NCBI RefSeq assembly: GCF_009914755.1
Contig: NC_060931.1
DNA: 64,000 nt
Reading direction: 5' to 3' (one strand)
Source: the human T2T-CHM13v2.0 reference genome, Homo sapiens
Shown: piece by piece, positions 1-15,270 of the stretch
How the letters are laid out: every line of letters starts with the position of its first letter
Numbering within the stretch: position 1 is the stretch's first letter
The notes under the pieces: generated by a model
Seen by the model: the letters and a program-made list of their open reading frames with translations, nothing else
Databases searched by the model: none
What the model was told of the DNA's origin: nothing
Made by a program: the position numbers and the translations under genes

Positions 1-79
1 GCAGTTGCCTTCGCGTGTTCTCTCATTGGTTTCCATCTGGCACCTTTCCCTTCTGCCAGAACGGCGGCTTTACCAGCCC

Positions 80-1300
80 TGGTCATGGAGCTCTGTGGGT
101 GATGATGTCCTTCAGCGTCTGTATTTCTGAGAAAGCCAATAATTTTACCTTTGTATCTGAAGGATACTTCCATGGGATATGGAATTCTGGGTTGATGTTT
201 GTTTGTTTGTTTTTCCTTTCAGTACTTTAAAAATGCTTTCCATCGTCTTCTGGCCTGGAGCATTCTCAAGGAGAAACCTGCAGTGGCCTTCATCATCTCA
301 TCTCTCTATGAAATGCACCTTTTTTTCCTCTGGCTGCTTTTAAGGTTGGCTTTTTATCACTGGTTTTGAGAAATTTTATTATGATATTTCTTAGTCTTCA
401 TGTTTCTTTTTTAGGGGGCTTATTGAGCTTTCTGGCTCTGTGAGTTTATCATTTTTATCATATTGAAACAATTTTCCTCATTATTTCTTCAAATGATTTT
501 TCTGTTCCTGTCTCTCCCGCCTTGGGACTCCAGTTATACAGATATTTGGCCTTTAGATGTGTCCCATAGCTCACTGGTGTTTTTTTTTTTTTTTAATTAT
601 CCTTCCTTGTTTCCTTATGGATAGTTCCTATTGCTGTGTCTTCAAGTTCACTAATATTTTCTACCACAGTGTCTAATCTGCTATTCATTCCACCCATGAA
701 ATTTTCCTGTCTCCTACTTATTGTGTCTGTGTCAGTTCTGTGTCTACACTGATGAATTTTATGAGTTGCATTTTCCTGCTCCTTTTCATGCCAGATAATC
801 CATGTCTATATATTCACATTGTGAATTTTACCTTATTGGGTGATGGACATTTGCAATCCCATAAATATTATTTACCTTTGCTCTGGCATTCAGTTAAGTT
901 CCTTGGGACCAGTTCAACCCTCTCGGTTCTTACTTTTAAGTCTTGTTTGGCAGTATCAGAGCAGCAATTATCTATGACAAATTACTCCCCACTACTAAGA
1001 CAGGACTCTGTGGGCATTCTACCCAATTATCTGGAAATTATGAGGTTTGCAAGTCTTGATAGGTTTGAAGAAGCACTATGTCGCACCCTGTGTGAATGTC
1101 AGATACTGTTTGCTCTCATTTTTTTGGATGGTTCTTTTCCCTCATAGACACAAGGTCATCAGTCATCTACCAAATCCTCAGCAGTGGCTGAAAATCTCCA
1201 GGGCTCTCTGTGCACTCTTCTCTTTTATACTCTGACCTGTGAACTCAAGCTGCCTTGGTTTCCCCAGACCTTCAGCTCTGTCTCATCAACTCTGGCAGGC
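80..1300 (-). mobile_element. Ancient L1M fragment (ORF1/5' region)
   Basis: Antisense L1 ORF1-like motifs (ctttaaaaatgctttccatcgtcttctggcc; tgtgtcttcaagttcactaat), highly diverged. Confidence 0.6.
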
Positions 1301-1704
1301 CACTGAGCACCACTGTCCCTGAGGCAGCTGGGGGCAAGTGTCATCGCCACACAGCTGCGTCCCCTCCCAAAATGGCCCTCCACCATGGGGGTCTGCCTCA
1401 CCCACGTTTATACCCCATCTAGGGAGGTCTGCATCCCACACTGGTCCCCAGCCCCTGAGGAGGGGTGAGGGCTCCTGAGGCCTCTGTCATGACCACACTG
1501 AGTCCAACCTCTCCTCGGCCAAACCCGTCTCTTCACTTCCCCCATGAGGGGTCTTCCCAAGACCCTGCATTTGGACTTCAGGACTACAGAGTCTGCTGTC
1601 CAGACACCCAACCGAGATGTAGCTCCCCGGGCACCCCTGGGGCCCTGCCCACGGCTAGTGAGGATCTTGGGGGACTTCAATCCAGTGCCCCCGATGCCAG
1701 TGGA

Positions 1705-1896
1705 AAGGCGACTATAGATTTCTCCTTGAGAAGTGCTCCAGGCCAGAAGACGATGGAAAACATTTTTAAAGTAGTGAAAGAAAAAAAAGTAACCCAGAAT
1801 TCTATATCCCATGAAAATATCCTTCAAATACAAAGGTAGACTTATGGCTCTCTTAGAAATACGACACTGAAGGACATCATCCCCAGCAGAGCTCCA
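1705..1896 (+). repeat. Inverted copy of ~86-290 (L1 ORF1-derived)
   Basis: Its reverse complement aligns with 86-290 over the whole length. Confidence 0.8.
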
Positions 1897-2525
1897 CAAT
1901 GAGGGATATGAACAGCCCAGGCTCCCTAGGCAGGCACAGGAGGTAGATATGAGTCAAGGAGCACCTGTATACGTATATATGTATATACATGTATGTGTGT
2001 GTGTGTGCGTGTGCATGTGTATCTCCTTTCACAGAATTTGATGCTACATTCTGAACAAAATCGTATTCAGAAAAAGTCTGGGTATGTCTCCAAACACAGC
2101 ACTGTGGCATCACCCAACAGCCTGAGGGAGGTGCAGCTCAGACTTTGCAGGTGCTGAGTGAGGCAGTATTACTTCAAATAGAACATACACTTTGCTAAGA
2201 ACAATTTCCACTTCTGGGTATCAGCAAGAAGTGTCTTCTATCCAAACATGACCATCTGGTACTTGTATATGGGTCTTTAGTGTGATTTAGAAACACTTTA
2301 GGAAATACACTGGGGCTTGAGTGGATGTGGAACTCATTACAAATTTCCCACATACAGTAATGGAATAGGTTTCCAGGTACTGTTTCCATGTAGGATGTTG
2401 ATTTTCAAGAACAGATCACTAACATTAGGTGTGTGATACCTGCATGGGGCTTATAAAAAAAATCCCATTTTTGCTTGATTATCTCAATTGATAAACCCAC
2501 CATGTTTTTATTTCTAGTGCCTTTT

Positions 2526-2899
2526 TGTATTACTTTGTTCCCACACTGCTCATAAAGATATACCTGAGACTGGGTAATTTATAAAGGAGAGGTTTAATTG
2601 ACTCAGTTCAGCATGGCTGGGGAGGTCTCAGGAAACGTAACAATCATGGCAGAAGGGGAAGCAAACACACCCTTCTTCACAAGGTGGCAGGAGAGAGAAG
2701 TGCAAGGAGCAAAGGGGAAAGAGTCCCTTATAAAACCATCAGATCTCGTGAAAACTCACTCACTATCATGAGAACAGCATGGAGACAGCCACCTCCATGA
2801 TTCAATTACCTCCCACTGGGTCCCTCCCATGACACGTGCAGATTATGAGAACTACAATTCAAGATGAGATTTGGGTGGGGGCACAGCCAAACAATATCA
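2526..2899 (-). mobile_element. THE1 (THE1C/D-like) MaLR solo LTR
   Basis: Typical THE1 sequence ending ...gcacagccaaacaatatca. 5-bp TSD CTTTT at 2521-2525 and 2900-2904. Confidence 0.9.
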
Positions 2900-3579
2900 C
2901 TTTTCAAGTTACACTGATACAGATGTAACAGGCATATAAATTACCAAGGCTTTTGCAGTTCTTTGCATCTCAAATCATGGCTATAATTTCCTTGGCCATT
3001 TTTTAATTAATGAAATTTCATGTTCTATGTTGTCAGAGTGTAATTTAACTGCAGTTAATTTACTTTTCTGGTATTTTGTCTACTTTTCTCACTAATTGCT
3101 AATCAATGCAAATGGAACCACCTCATAAATGTATCTTTAAATTGTCGTATTCATCTTTGCTTCGCCTCTGTCCATGCCTGGGGACTTGTTTGTGATGCTG
3201 CAGTATGTTACGGTAATGAGAGGGTTTATCATTATGCCGCGTGGTGTTGTAGCAATTAACTTGCACATTGACTTTTGCTCTGTCATCCAGCTTGAAGTAG
3301 GTCAAAACTTCATGCGTATGAATTTTGTACTTTAAAAAGATGAAAAATGTTTTACACTTAGTAGCTATTCCCTTCTCCATTGGCACACACTGGCCTTAGG
3401 CTCACGATAATATGAGATAGTCTAGATTGTCACCCAGTTTGTTAAAGGAAAAAATTCCACATTACAGGCCCATCTTATGTTTTATATCCAACCTTCATGG
3501 CCACCTGAAGTTCTCTGTGAAGTCATCGGTGCTCATATACACAGCTGGTATTTGTTGTCCCTGTTCCTGCCTCAGGAGC

Positions 3580-4170
3580 ATTTAGCATGATCCCTGGTTC
3601 TCTTTAGCCATTAGCATGATCCCTGGTTCTCAGGTCCTCCTTAGCCCTTAGCATGTTCTTCTCAGGTTCTGGCTTCTCAGGTCCTCCTTAGCCCTTAGCA
3701 TGTTCTTCTCAGGTTCTGGCTTCTCAGGTCCTCCTTAGCCCTTAGCATGTTCTTCTCAGGTTCTGGCTTCTCAGGTCCTCCTTAGCCCTTAGCATGTTCT
3801 TCTCAGGTTCTGGCTTCTCAGGTCCTCCTTAGCCCTTAGCATGTTCTTCTCAGGTTCTGGCTTCTCAGATCCTCCTTAGCCCTTAGCATGTTCCCAGGTT
3901 CTTGGTTATCTTAGCCCTTAGCATGTTCTCAAGTTCTCAGTTCTCAGGTTCCCCTTCCTTGACTCTCTTAGCCCTTAGCATGTTCTCAGCTCCTCCTTAG
4001 ACTTTAGCATGTTCTCAGGTTCCTGGTTCTCAGGTCCTCCTTAGTCCTTAGCATGTTCTTAGGCTCTCAGTTCTCAAGGTCTCTTAGCCCTTAGCGTGTT
4101 CTCAGGTTCCTGGTTCTCAGGTTCTCTTAGCCTTTAGCATGTTCTCAGGTTCCTGGTGACCCCTTAGGTG
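3580..4170. repeat. 47-bp minisatellite with degenerate flanks
   Basis: Unit ctcaggttctggcttctcaggtcctccttagcccttagcatgttctt, about 5 near-perfect copies from 3661. Confidence 0.9.
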
Positions 4171-5099
4171 CGAGCTCTGTTCCTCACACTGGGCACTCAT
4201 ACCTACTGCTTTGCTGATTTTCCACACTGCGTCTCTTTCTGGCTTTCTCTCATGGGGCTTACTCTGCTTAAGGGACCTCATGTGTGGGAAGAGAAGAACC
4301 AGCAGGAGAAATGAGCTTGTGGTTGCCACTCTGGTAAGCCCAAAAACAGGGCTGGGGATTCTGAAGACTTCATTCTAATGTCGCCTTTATTTCATGAATG
4401 GATGATTGGTTTTCAGCAAGTTACTCAATCTCTGGAGATTAACTGCCTTATGTAAAGAACACCAGCTACTATGTCACTGGCCCATGGTGGATTCTTGTTC
4501 AGCTGTGAAGCTCAGAATGCTCTGAATACACATGGAGTGGAGAAAGCCAGGTGACATTCTTCGTTAGTGTAGCTACCCATGCAAGAATTCAAAGGCTTGG
4601 GCAGATCACGCATTCTGTCCTTCACCACCATTTATCCAACAAATGCTGGCCCAGGGTCCATCTGGTGAAGGGCACAGGCAGGCACTGGGGAGCCTGGTTA
4701 GAAGCAGCTCCTGGGAGTGGGGAGTGAGGATGCTGAAAGCCAACACGGTTCCTTATCATGCAGCAGGAATCAGAACATGATCCCTTTAATGAGGAATGAA
4801 ACAAATCCATTACTATAAAATCGCTTGAAAATCTAGAGGTGATGGCCACAAATTAAATCCAAAATAAGACAAAATTACGAATACTAAAGAAGAGGCAAAC
4901 GAGCCACAATCCACGTATGAGAAGGCAAACAAGCCACAATCCACATATGAGAAGAAAAAGCCCCACAGAGGAATCAGTCCCCTTGCTGCTATAACTCGCC
5001 CTCCGACCTGACCCAAGGGGCTTTGGAAACACCACTTGATCTTATAAAAGCTGAGTTTCAAACAGAACCAGTCTCAAAGGTCAAATTCTGAAGATAGCC

Positions 5100-5920
5100 A
5101 TGGATTAATCAGGCAACAAAAACAAAGAGGAAGCAGGAAAGGCCCTACTCATTTAGGAAAATGGAATCCAAGACAACAAGCATTAAGGGAGATGCAGGCA
5201 CCATTTAAACAACAATCCACTAATGATGGACGCCGAGGACGAGCTGACGCAGCCCCCGTGTGCTAAGCAGCAGAGCCTCAGAGCCTATGAAGCTAAACAC
5301 ATCAACCCCCAAAGAAAACTCACAGATTACTGTTTTTGTCTGAGAAATTTCAGAAAGTCACAATATAAATAAGGACATGTTGAAGTAATACAATTGACAC
5401 ATTTTTACCTAATTACACATCATATATATATAATTATAAACTATTTATAAAAGTCTGTATCCTGCAAATAGTTATACAAATATATTTTTGAAGCGCCAAT
5501 TGAAGATTAAGTATGGTATCAATTAGGCCAAAGAAAACCTCAAAATTACCAAAGAGTAAAAGTTGAACAAAGTCACATTCTGACTAAAATGCAGTAGAAT
5601 TAGACACTAATTTGAAGTTTAAAAACAACACATAAATATGAAAAAGTAGAAAAGCCTACCAAACATTTATTGTTTCAAAAGGATATAAAATGACAATTAC
5701 AGATAATTTAGAACAAAAGCAAGTGAGAATTCATCAGTTATAGAATGATGTTAAAATTATGCTCAAAAGCAAATTATTTACGTGATTTCATTATTTTTTT
5801 AAAAATGAATAAATAGCGTAAATAAGTTTTACTGAAGAAGTTTTATTTAAAAGAGAACAGCAAAAAGAAGAAAATCTAAGAGATAATTCTTTTTAAAAAT
5901 CATGTTACAAGGGTGAAAAA
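5100..5920 (+). mobile_element. Highly diverged old L1 (L1ME-like) ORF2 fragment
   Basis: A-rich sequence with residual endonuclease-region motifs (cacattctgactaaaatgcagtagaattaga). Confidence 0.45.
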
Positions 5921-5926
5921 AAAGTG

Positions 5927-6075
5927 TTTTTTTTTTTTTTGAGACAGGGTCTCACTCTATCTCCCAGGCTAGAGTGCTGTGTGTGATCATGACTCACTGC
6001 AGCCTCAATCCCCCGGGCTCAGGTGATCCTCTCTCTCAGCCTCCTGAGTAGCCAGGCGCCACCACACCTGGCTAA
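5927..6075 (-). mobile_element. Alu right-arm/monomer fragment (AluJ/FRAM-like)
   Basis: polyT followed by gagacagggtctcactc...cagcctcc...cacctggctaa. Confidence 0.8.
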
Positions 6076-6146
6076 AGAAAACGTACGTTTACAATGCAAA
6101 GGAATATAACTACACAAGTGCTGAGTAATTTTAAAAACCATAATAG

Positions 6147-6893
6147 TGAGAACTAAGCTCTGATTTTTTCTCTTGTCCAAATTCCTATCTAAGAGGTCTG
6201 GGAAGTCATACCCCACAAACCATAAATTCTCATCAGATGGGTTTTATTTGACCCTATATATCGTGACTGACTTTTCAGTCTGACTCTGGCAGAACATTAT
6301 GAGACAAAGGGAAAAAATCAAAATATTTAACCCTAAAATATATTTCCTTGCAATACCTGGAAATTGCCCTGCAAAGTCTCTTGTGGGAAAAATCCACATT
6401 CTATAGGGATCTACTTTCCCCTTTGTTTTCCTTCCTTCCTTTCCAGATCCAGGAGATAATCAACCAAGAGCCAGGCACCCTTTTAGGTCCAATAAGAAGC
6501 ATCTTACAACCTGCTTTCTCTGAAGTCTGCTAACTGAGAGCTTCCTCTGCACAATAAAACTTGGTCTCCACAATCCTTTATCTTAACTGGAACATTTTCT
6601 ATTGATCCCAGGTCTTCAGATAAACTCAACGAGTTGTCAACCAGAAAATGTTTGAATTCACCTATAGCCTGGAAGCCCCTGCTTTGAGTTGTCCCACCTT
6701 CTGAACCAAACCAATGTATTTGATTGATGTCTCACGCCTCCCTAAAATCTATAAAACCAAGCTGCACCCTGAGCACCCTGGGCCCATGTTCTCAGGGCCT
6801 CCTGAGGGCTGCATCACGGGCTATGGCCATTCATATTTGGCTCAGAATACATCTCTAAAAATATTTTACAGAGTTTGACTCTTTTCATCAACA
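6147..6893 (+). mobile_element. MER4-group ERV1 LTR (MER4D-like)
   Basis: Diagnostic MER4 blocks and the terminus ...aaatattttacagagtttgactcttttcatcaaca. Confidence 0.8.
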
Positions 6894-7822
6894 AGAGAAT
6901 AGCATCCACTACACTGCATTTACAAATGTGGAAATCGCTATTAAAGGATAGCTTATAAATATCCCAAATCACACAACAGTGTAAGCATATTTTACCAATA
7001 ATCGTGGAAGACAATGAAAATACTCTATAAATGAAGAACATTCCTAAAAAATATACTAGAAAGTAGATCAATGGTAAAAGAAGTTTTCCAGAAATGTTAG
7101 GAAAAAAAGAAAAACGATCACATTTCCATGAGGAAATACTGTGGGCAACTGTTGAGGAAGACGATGGGCCACACTGTTTCTTATTCTCTCCTGGGCAGGG
7201 CCTCATGGGAACCTCCCTCAGTAGGTGTCAGAGTCGGGCATGAGGAAGGCACCGGCAGGACTGGGGAGGCCTTTGGGTCAGCAGGAGGGACAGCATGAGA
7301 GGGAGTGATTGTCCCCAGGCAGTCATGTCTGGGCCTGGGGAAGAGCTGGGGAACATGCCCAGACTCCTCTGCCCTCCATGCTGGGTGCAGCTTGTTCCAA
7401 ACCCCACCAAAGCCAGAGGCCCAGAGGACCCGATGGAGCTTACAGGCATGAAGCCCATAGCAGGGCAGGGGAAGGGAGTGTGGAGGAAAGGAGTCTGGAG
7501 AATATCCAGCCAATGCCTCCCTAAATGGGCCTCTGTTTTGTGGGCAGGGATAATTGCTCTTGCCTGGGTTCAACACTCACAAAGAAAGAATTTAGAAATC
7601 CAACCTACAGAATGGTAAGAGCTGTTTTTATTTGTAACCATAGCTAGTGCCATCTACGTTCCAGGCTGATAAAAATATTTTTACAAAATATAATATGTGA
7701 AAAGTTACTAGCCTGAAATATAAAGAACCTATAATAAAAGAAACAAACAGAAAAATACAAAAAGTCCTTTTTATACAGACAAAGACCATATACAGAAAAT
7801 TCACAAAGAAAATTCCAATCTC

Positions 7823-8177
<355 letters not shown>

Positions 8178-8802
8178 AGAAAATTCCAATCTCAAAGCAT
8201 ATGTATTTTAAACTTTTAATCTCACTTATAACTCATAAAACAAAGATAACATACCATTTTTCATAATAAAACTGGCACTGTTTTAAATAATAAAAACTGG
8301 CAATTTTTCCAAATGACCACATTTAACGTTGTTTAGAAGGCACAATCCAGGCGCCTCTCCATGGTTGTTGCTGAGTTTGATTTCTCAGAGGCAGGTCCTC
8401 CCTGGATTGTTCTCTATGTGGCGCCCCTTTCCTCCCACGTTTGGCAGCTTCTGTTTGCCCTGTTCTGCACCCCCCCAGAGTGAGGAGGAGCCATCCCTTG
8501 CTTGGTTTTCCCAATTCTTCCAGCCCTCTATTTTTTGCCCTTCTTGGCCGTCCAACCCATCCCTATACTTGATGGAGTTCAAGGTCATTGGGGCAGTGCA
8601 CAACGCCCCCAGTGGAATTTAGAGAGGAGTATAAGGAGTTTGAACACATCCAAAAGAGAAATTCAACACAGCTCAAGTTGAAAACATTTTGGTGGGTTTT
8701 TGTTTGGTTTCCTACAGAAAAGTCTTACAGACTATAACAGCACATTCTCTTTGATAAAGGAGGTATTAAAGGTAGATACACCAGGCACAGAAGCACAAAG
8801 AG

Positions 8803-9207
8803 GCAGCCCCTGCCCTCAGTGTGCGCCGCGTGCTGAAGTCGCAGCCCCTAACCTCAGTGTGCGCCATGTTCTGGGGAAAGACGCAGCCCCTGCCCTCAGC
8901 GTGAGCCGCGTTCTGGGGAAAGACACGGCCCCTGCCCTCAGCGAGCGCCGTGTGGTGAAGACGAAGCCCCCGCCCTCGGTGTGCGCCGCATGCTGGGGAA
9001 AGACGCAGCCCCCGCCCTCAGTGTGTGCGGCGTTCTGGGGAAAGAAGCAGCCGCCGCCCTCAGCGTGCGCCGTGTGGTGAAGACGAAGCCCCCGCCCTCG
9101 GTGTGCGCCGCTTGCTGGGGAAAGACGCAGCCCCCGCCCTCAGTGTGCGCCGCGTTCTGAGGAAAGAGGCAACCCGCGCCCTCAGTGTGTGCGGCGTGCT
9201 GGGGGAC
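8803..9207. repeat. CpG-rich ~38-42-bp minisatellite (~10 copies)
   Basis: Repeated gcagcccc(t/c)gccctcagtgtgcgccg...ggggaaagac units plus a gtggtgaagacgaagcccc variant. Confidence 0.9.
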
Positions 9208-10043
9208 GGTTACCAGTTCTCCACACGTTCTCACTCTTGATCCTGCCAGGACACTTAACTGCTTTCCCTATCAGATGGCCATGAGCATGAAAGCAGATAT
9301 CTAAATTTTGTGTTACTGGAATCTTTCTAAAGACTATGACTCTAGAATTGTCTGTCAGGGAAAAATGAACTTTTCAAACTAAACCTTTAGGAAAGGTCAT
9401 TTTCATGTTTTTTTTTAAAAAACATGAAAAATAGCACAATGGCTCAGGAATCCGACAGTGCCAGCTTTCTTACTGTGGTTTGTCTTTAGACTAATTTTTT
9501 AACCTCCCTATGACTCAATTTCCTCACTTTCAAGAATCGGTATGACATTAGTCCATGGTATGTATGACATTACCACATCGTTTGTATGACATTAGTAATT
9601 ACCACATAGTTTTGAGTACAAAATAAGATAATATGGAACAATATATTTAGCTCAGTATACGTTGCTATGCTCTGGGAAAGGATGATAAAGACTTTCACAA
9701 TTCTGTTTTTTGTCTAAAGCAAAAATAATTTCTTACTGAGAAATGAGAATTCTCGACTTATCTGCTTTCGACCAAGGCCTTGAAGATGCAGGATTTTTCT
9801 AAGAGTCTCATGGAAAAACGAAGAACCCCTGGGCATGTCTCTTACTGGAGGGTAACCCCAATATCGCTTTCTCTCATGGGAACCAAACTTTTCCTTACAG
9901 ACATCCTAACTTTCTGAAACGTCTGCACCAGAAAGATGGTGGGTGCTTTGCTACATTAAAACAAACAAACAAACAAATAATAAGTGTAATGGCTATGGAC
10001 TGTGTCCTGGGAGCAAGGAGCAACAAGCCACGTCCACACTTAC

Positions 10044-10146
10044 CTGGCTGGGCTGGATGCTTCAGGACGCCTCAGGTAGGTTTTCGGGAGGTCTGCAAGT
10101 TCCTGGTCCATCACATACTGAGTATAGTCATCCTGCCACGTGAAAC
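10044..10146 (-). CDS. PTPRN2: PTPRN2 (receptor-type tyrosine phosphatase N2 / IA-2beta / phogrin) internal coding exon, probably exon 4, lumenal N-terminal region
   Basis: The minus strand reads ...ttttgcaatttttgtccacAG|GT TTC ACG TGG CAG GAT GAC TAT ACT CAG TAT GTG ATG GAC CAG GAA CTT GCA GAC CTC CCG AAA ACC TAC CTG AGG CGT CCT GAA GCA TCC AGC CCA GCC AG|GTAAGT. This gives (G)[33 protein letters not shown](R), recognised as human PTPRN2. The exon is 103 nt, phase 1 to phase 2, with a canonical acceptor and a perfect donor. Confidence 0.95.
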
Positions 10147-11662
10147 CTGTGGACAAAAATTGCAAAAATTATGTCATCATTTTGGAAATTTAGCCAAAGC
10201 TCTTGCTTCAGTCTCACAATTAGTTGCATTTCAGCATTAAGTTGATGGTCCCATCAGCAAAGTAAGCCTCCCTCTCACTGCAGTTTATCAAGATCTCCTT
10301 ACAGAAATTCCAGCTTTCTGAAACTTCTAGGCCAAAAAGAAAACTGATGCTCTGCTGCATTAATAGTAATAAAAAGGCTTGGGTGAGAGTGGAGAAAGCT
10401 GGCCAAATAGAAGCCTCTACCAATCATCCTCCCTGTAGGAACACCAAATTGAACAACTGTCCGCACAGCAAAGCACCTTCATACGAACCAAATTTCAGGT
10501 GAGTGGTCACAGTACCTGGTTTTAACTCCATATCATTGAAAGAGGCACTGAAGAGGGTGGAAAAGATCATTTGGAATTGCTGATGTCACCCCTCACCCAT
10601 CCCCCTGCAGTGGCTGTGTGCCCCAGAGAGAGAACGCATGCACTTGGGAGAGAGAGCACAGTGATAGTGGGACTTGGTATTGGAACTCGGTGCTGCCCTG
10701 TCACAGTAAAAACAACAGGCAAAACTCAACCAGAGCCCATGGAGGGAATATTTAGACCAGCCCTAGACAGAGCAGTACCACCCATCCCAGTGGTCAGAAT
10801 CTGAGTTCTGACAAGCCTCACCACCATGGGCTAAAGTGCTCTGGGGTCCTAAATAAACTTGAAGGCTGCCTATGATGGAAGGACTACAATTCCTGGGCAA
10901 GTCCTGGTGCTGTGCTTGGCTTGTAGCCACTGGACTTGGGGTGCAGACAACCTAGTAAGGTACTAGCTGGCACAACTAAGGGTGCTAGTGTCACCCTTCC
11001 CTCAACCCTAGGCAGCACAGCTCACAGCTCCAAAAGAGACTCCTTCCTTCTCCTTGAGGAGAGGAGAGGGAAGAGTAAAGAGGACTTTATCTTACAACTT
11101 AGATAACTGCTCAGCCAAGTAGGATAGGGCACTGGGCAGAGTCATGAGGCCCCCATTCCAGGCCCTAGCTCCCAGGTGACATTTCTAGACACACCTTGGG
11201 CCAAAGGAAAACCCACTGCCTTGAAGGGAAGGTCCCAGTACTGAAAGGATTCATCATCTCCTGACTACAGAGCCTTTGGGCCCTGAATAATCAACAGTGG
11301 TACCCAGGCAGTACCCCATGGGCCTTGGGTAAGACTCAGAGATGTCCTGGCTTCAGGTCTGATCTGGTACAGTCCTAGTGGTGGGGTGGCCACAGAGGTG
11401 CTTGTGTCACCCGTCACCCAGCTCCAGGAAGCTCGGGGAGGGGGGGAGAGAGAGAGACCGTCCGTTCGTTTGTCTCGGAGAATGTAAGAGAAAAAAAGTC
11501 TGCCTGGTAATCCACAAAATTCTTCTAGATTGTATCCAAGACTGCCAAGGTGATACATCTGTGAGTCTGAAACAGCCATGAAATTACTGGGCTTTGAGTG
11601 GCCCCTAATGCAGATATGGCTGCAGGGATTAAAAACGTAGATCACAGAACCAAAGTCTTTTC

Positions 11663-12545
<883 letters not shown>

Positions 12546-14816
12546 TGAATACAAACAAGCCGAGATTTTAGCAACTACAATAAATACCTAACTCAGACAC
12601 CAACAAACATCCAAGAGCATCAAGACTATCCAGGAAAACATGACCTCACCAAACGAACTAAATAAGGCACCAGGGACCAATCCTGGAGAGACAGGGATAG
12701 ATATGTTACCTTTCAGACAAAGAATTCAAAATAGTTGTTTTAAAAAAATTCAGTGAAATTCAAGATAACATAGAAAAGACAATCAGAATCCTATCCGATA
12801 AACTTAACAATGAAATTAGAATAATTAAAAACAATCATGCAAAATCTCTGGAGTTGAAAAACATAACTGACCCATTGCAGAATGCCTCAGACTCTCTTGA
12901 CAGCAGAGTTGACCAAGCAAGACAAAGAATTAGTGAGCTTGAAGACTGGCTAGTTGAAAATATGCCGTCAGAGGAGACCAAAGAAAAAAGGATTTTAAAA
13001 AATGAAGCACACCTGCATGATCTAGAAAATAGCCTCAAAAAGACAAATCTAAGATTTATCACCCTTAAAGAGGAGGGAGAGAGAGAAAGAGGTAGAAAGT
13101 TTAGTTGAAAGGATAATAATGAGAACTGCTCGAACCTAGAGAAAGATGTCAGTGTTCAAGTATAGGAAGGCTATAAGAACACTAAACAGATTCAACCCAA
13201 ATAAGACTACCTCAAGACATTTAATTATCAAACTCCCAAAGGTCAGGAATGAAGAAAGAATCCTAAAATCTGCAAAAGAAAATAAACAAACAAACAAAAA
13301 TACAATGGAGCTGCAGTACATCTGGCAGCAGACTTTTCAGTGGAAACTTTACAGGCCAGGAAACGGGATTGTTATTTAAAGTGTTAAAGGAAAGAAACCC
13401 TTTTATTCTGAAATTGTATATCCAACAAAAATGCATTTCAAATATGAAGGAAAAATACTTTCCCAGACAAACAAAAGCTGAAGGATTCCATCAACAGCAG
13501 ACCTGTCCTATAAGAAATGCTAAAGGGATTTCTTCCGTCTGAAATAAAAGAATGTTAGTGAGCAGTAAGAAATCATCTAAAGGTACAAAACTCACTGGTA
13601 ATAGTAAGTACACAGAAAAACACAGAATATCATAACACTGTAATTGTGGTGTGTAAACTGCTCATATCTGGAGTTAAAAGACTAAAAGATGAACTTATCA
13701 AATAACTCCAACAACTTTTCAGATATAAAGATATAAATAGAAACAACAAAAAGTTAAAAAGTAGGGGGATGAAGCTAAAGTGTAGAGTTTTTATTAGTTT
13801 TCTCTGTGCTGGTTTGTTAGTTTGCTTATGTAATCAATGTTAAGTTGTCATCCGTTTAAAATAATGGGTTATAAGATGTTATTTGCAAGCCTTATTGTAA
13901 CCTCAAATCAAAAAACATAAACAGATACAACAAAAAGTAAAAAGCTAGAAATTAAAACATACCACCAAAGAAAATCACTTTCACTTAAAAAAAAAAGTAA
14001 GGAAAGAAATAAGAAAGAGAAGACCACAAAACAATCAGAAAACAAATAACAAAATGGCAAGAGTAAGTTCTTACCTATCAATAATAACAAATACACATGG
14101 ACTAAACTCTCCAATCAAAACACACAGAGTGGTTGAATGGATTAAAAAAAAGACCCAATCATCTGTTGCCTATAAAAGACACACTTCACCTATAAAGACA
14201 AATATAGACTAAAAAGAAAGGGATGGAAAAAGATAATCCGTGCAAATGGAAACCAAAAAAGAGCAAGAGTAGCAGTACTTGTATCAGACAAAATAGATTT
14301 CAAGACAAAACTAGCAAAAGAGACAAAGAAGGTCATAATGATAAAGGGGTAAATTGAGCAAGAGGACATAACAATTGTAAATATATATGTACCCAACACT
14401 GGAGCATCCAGATATATAAAACAAATTTTATTAGAGTTAAAGCAAGAGACAGACCCCAATACAGTAACAGCTGAAGACTTCCACATGCCACTTTCAGCAC
14501 TGGACAGATCATTGAGACAGAAATTCAACGAAGATATATTGACCAAGCTGCACTGTTAACCAAATGGACTGAATTGACATTTACAGAACATTTCATTCAA
14601 TGGCTATGAAATCCACATTCTTCTCCTCAACACATGAATAATTCTCAAGAATAGCCCATACATTATGGCAAAAAAATGCATCTTTAAAAATTCAAAAACA
14701 AACTGAAATTATATCAAGTATCTTCTCTGACCACAATGGAATAACACTAGAAATCAATAACAGGGAAAATTTTGGAAACTATACAAACACATGGAAATTA
14801 AACAATATGCTTCTGA

Positions 14817-15270
<454 letters not shown>

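Noticed and set aside
9943-10240. Plus-strand ORFs (66 and 83 aa) overlapping the exon
   Set aside because: They are antisense shadows of the real minus-strand PTPRN2 exon.
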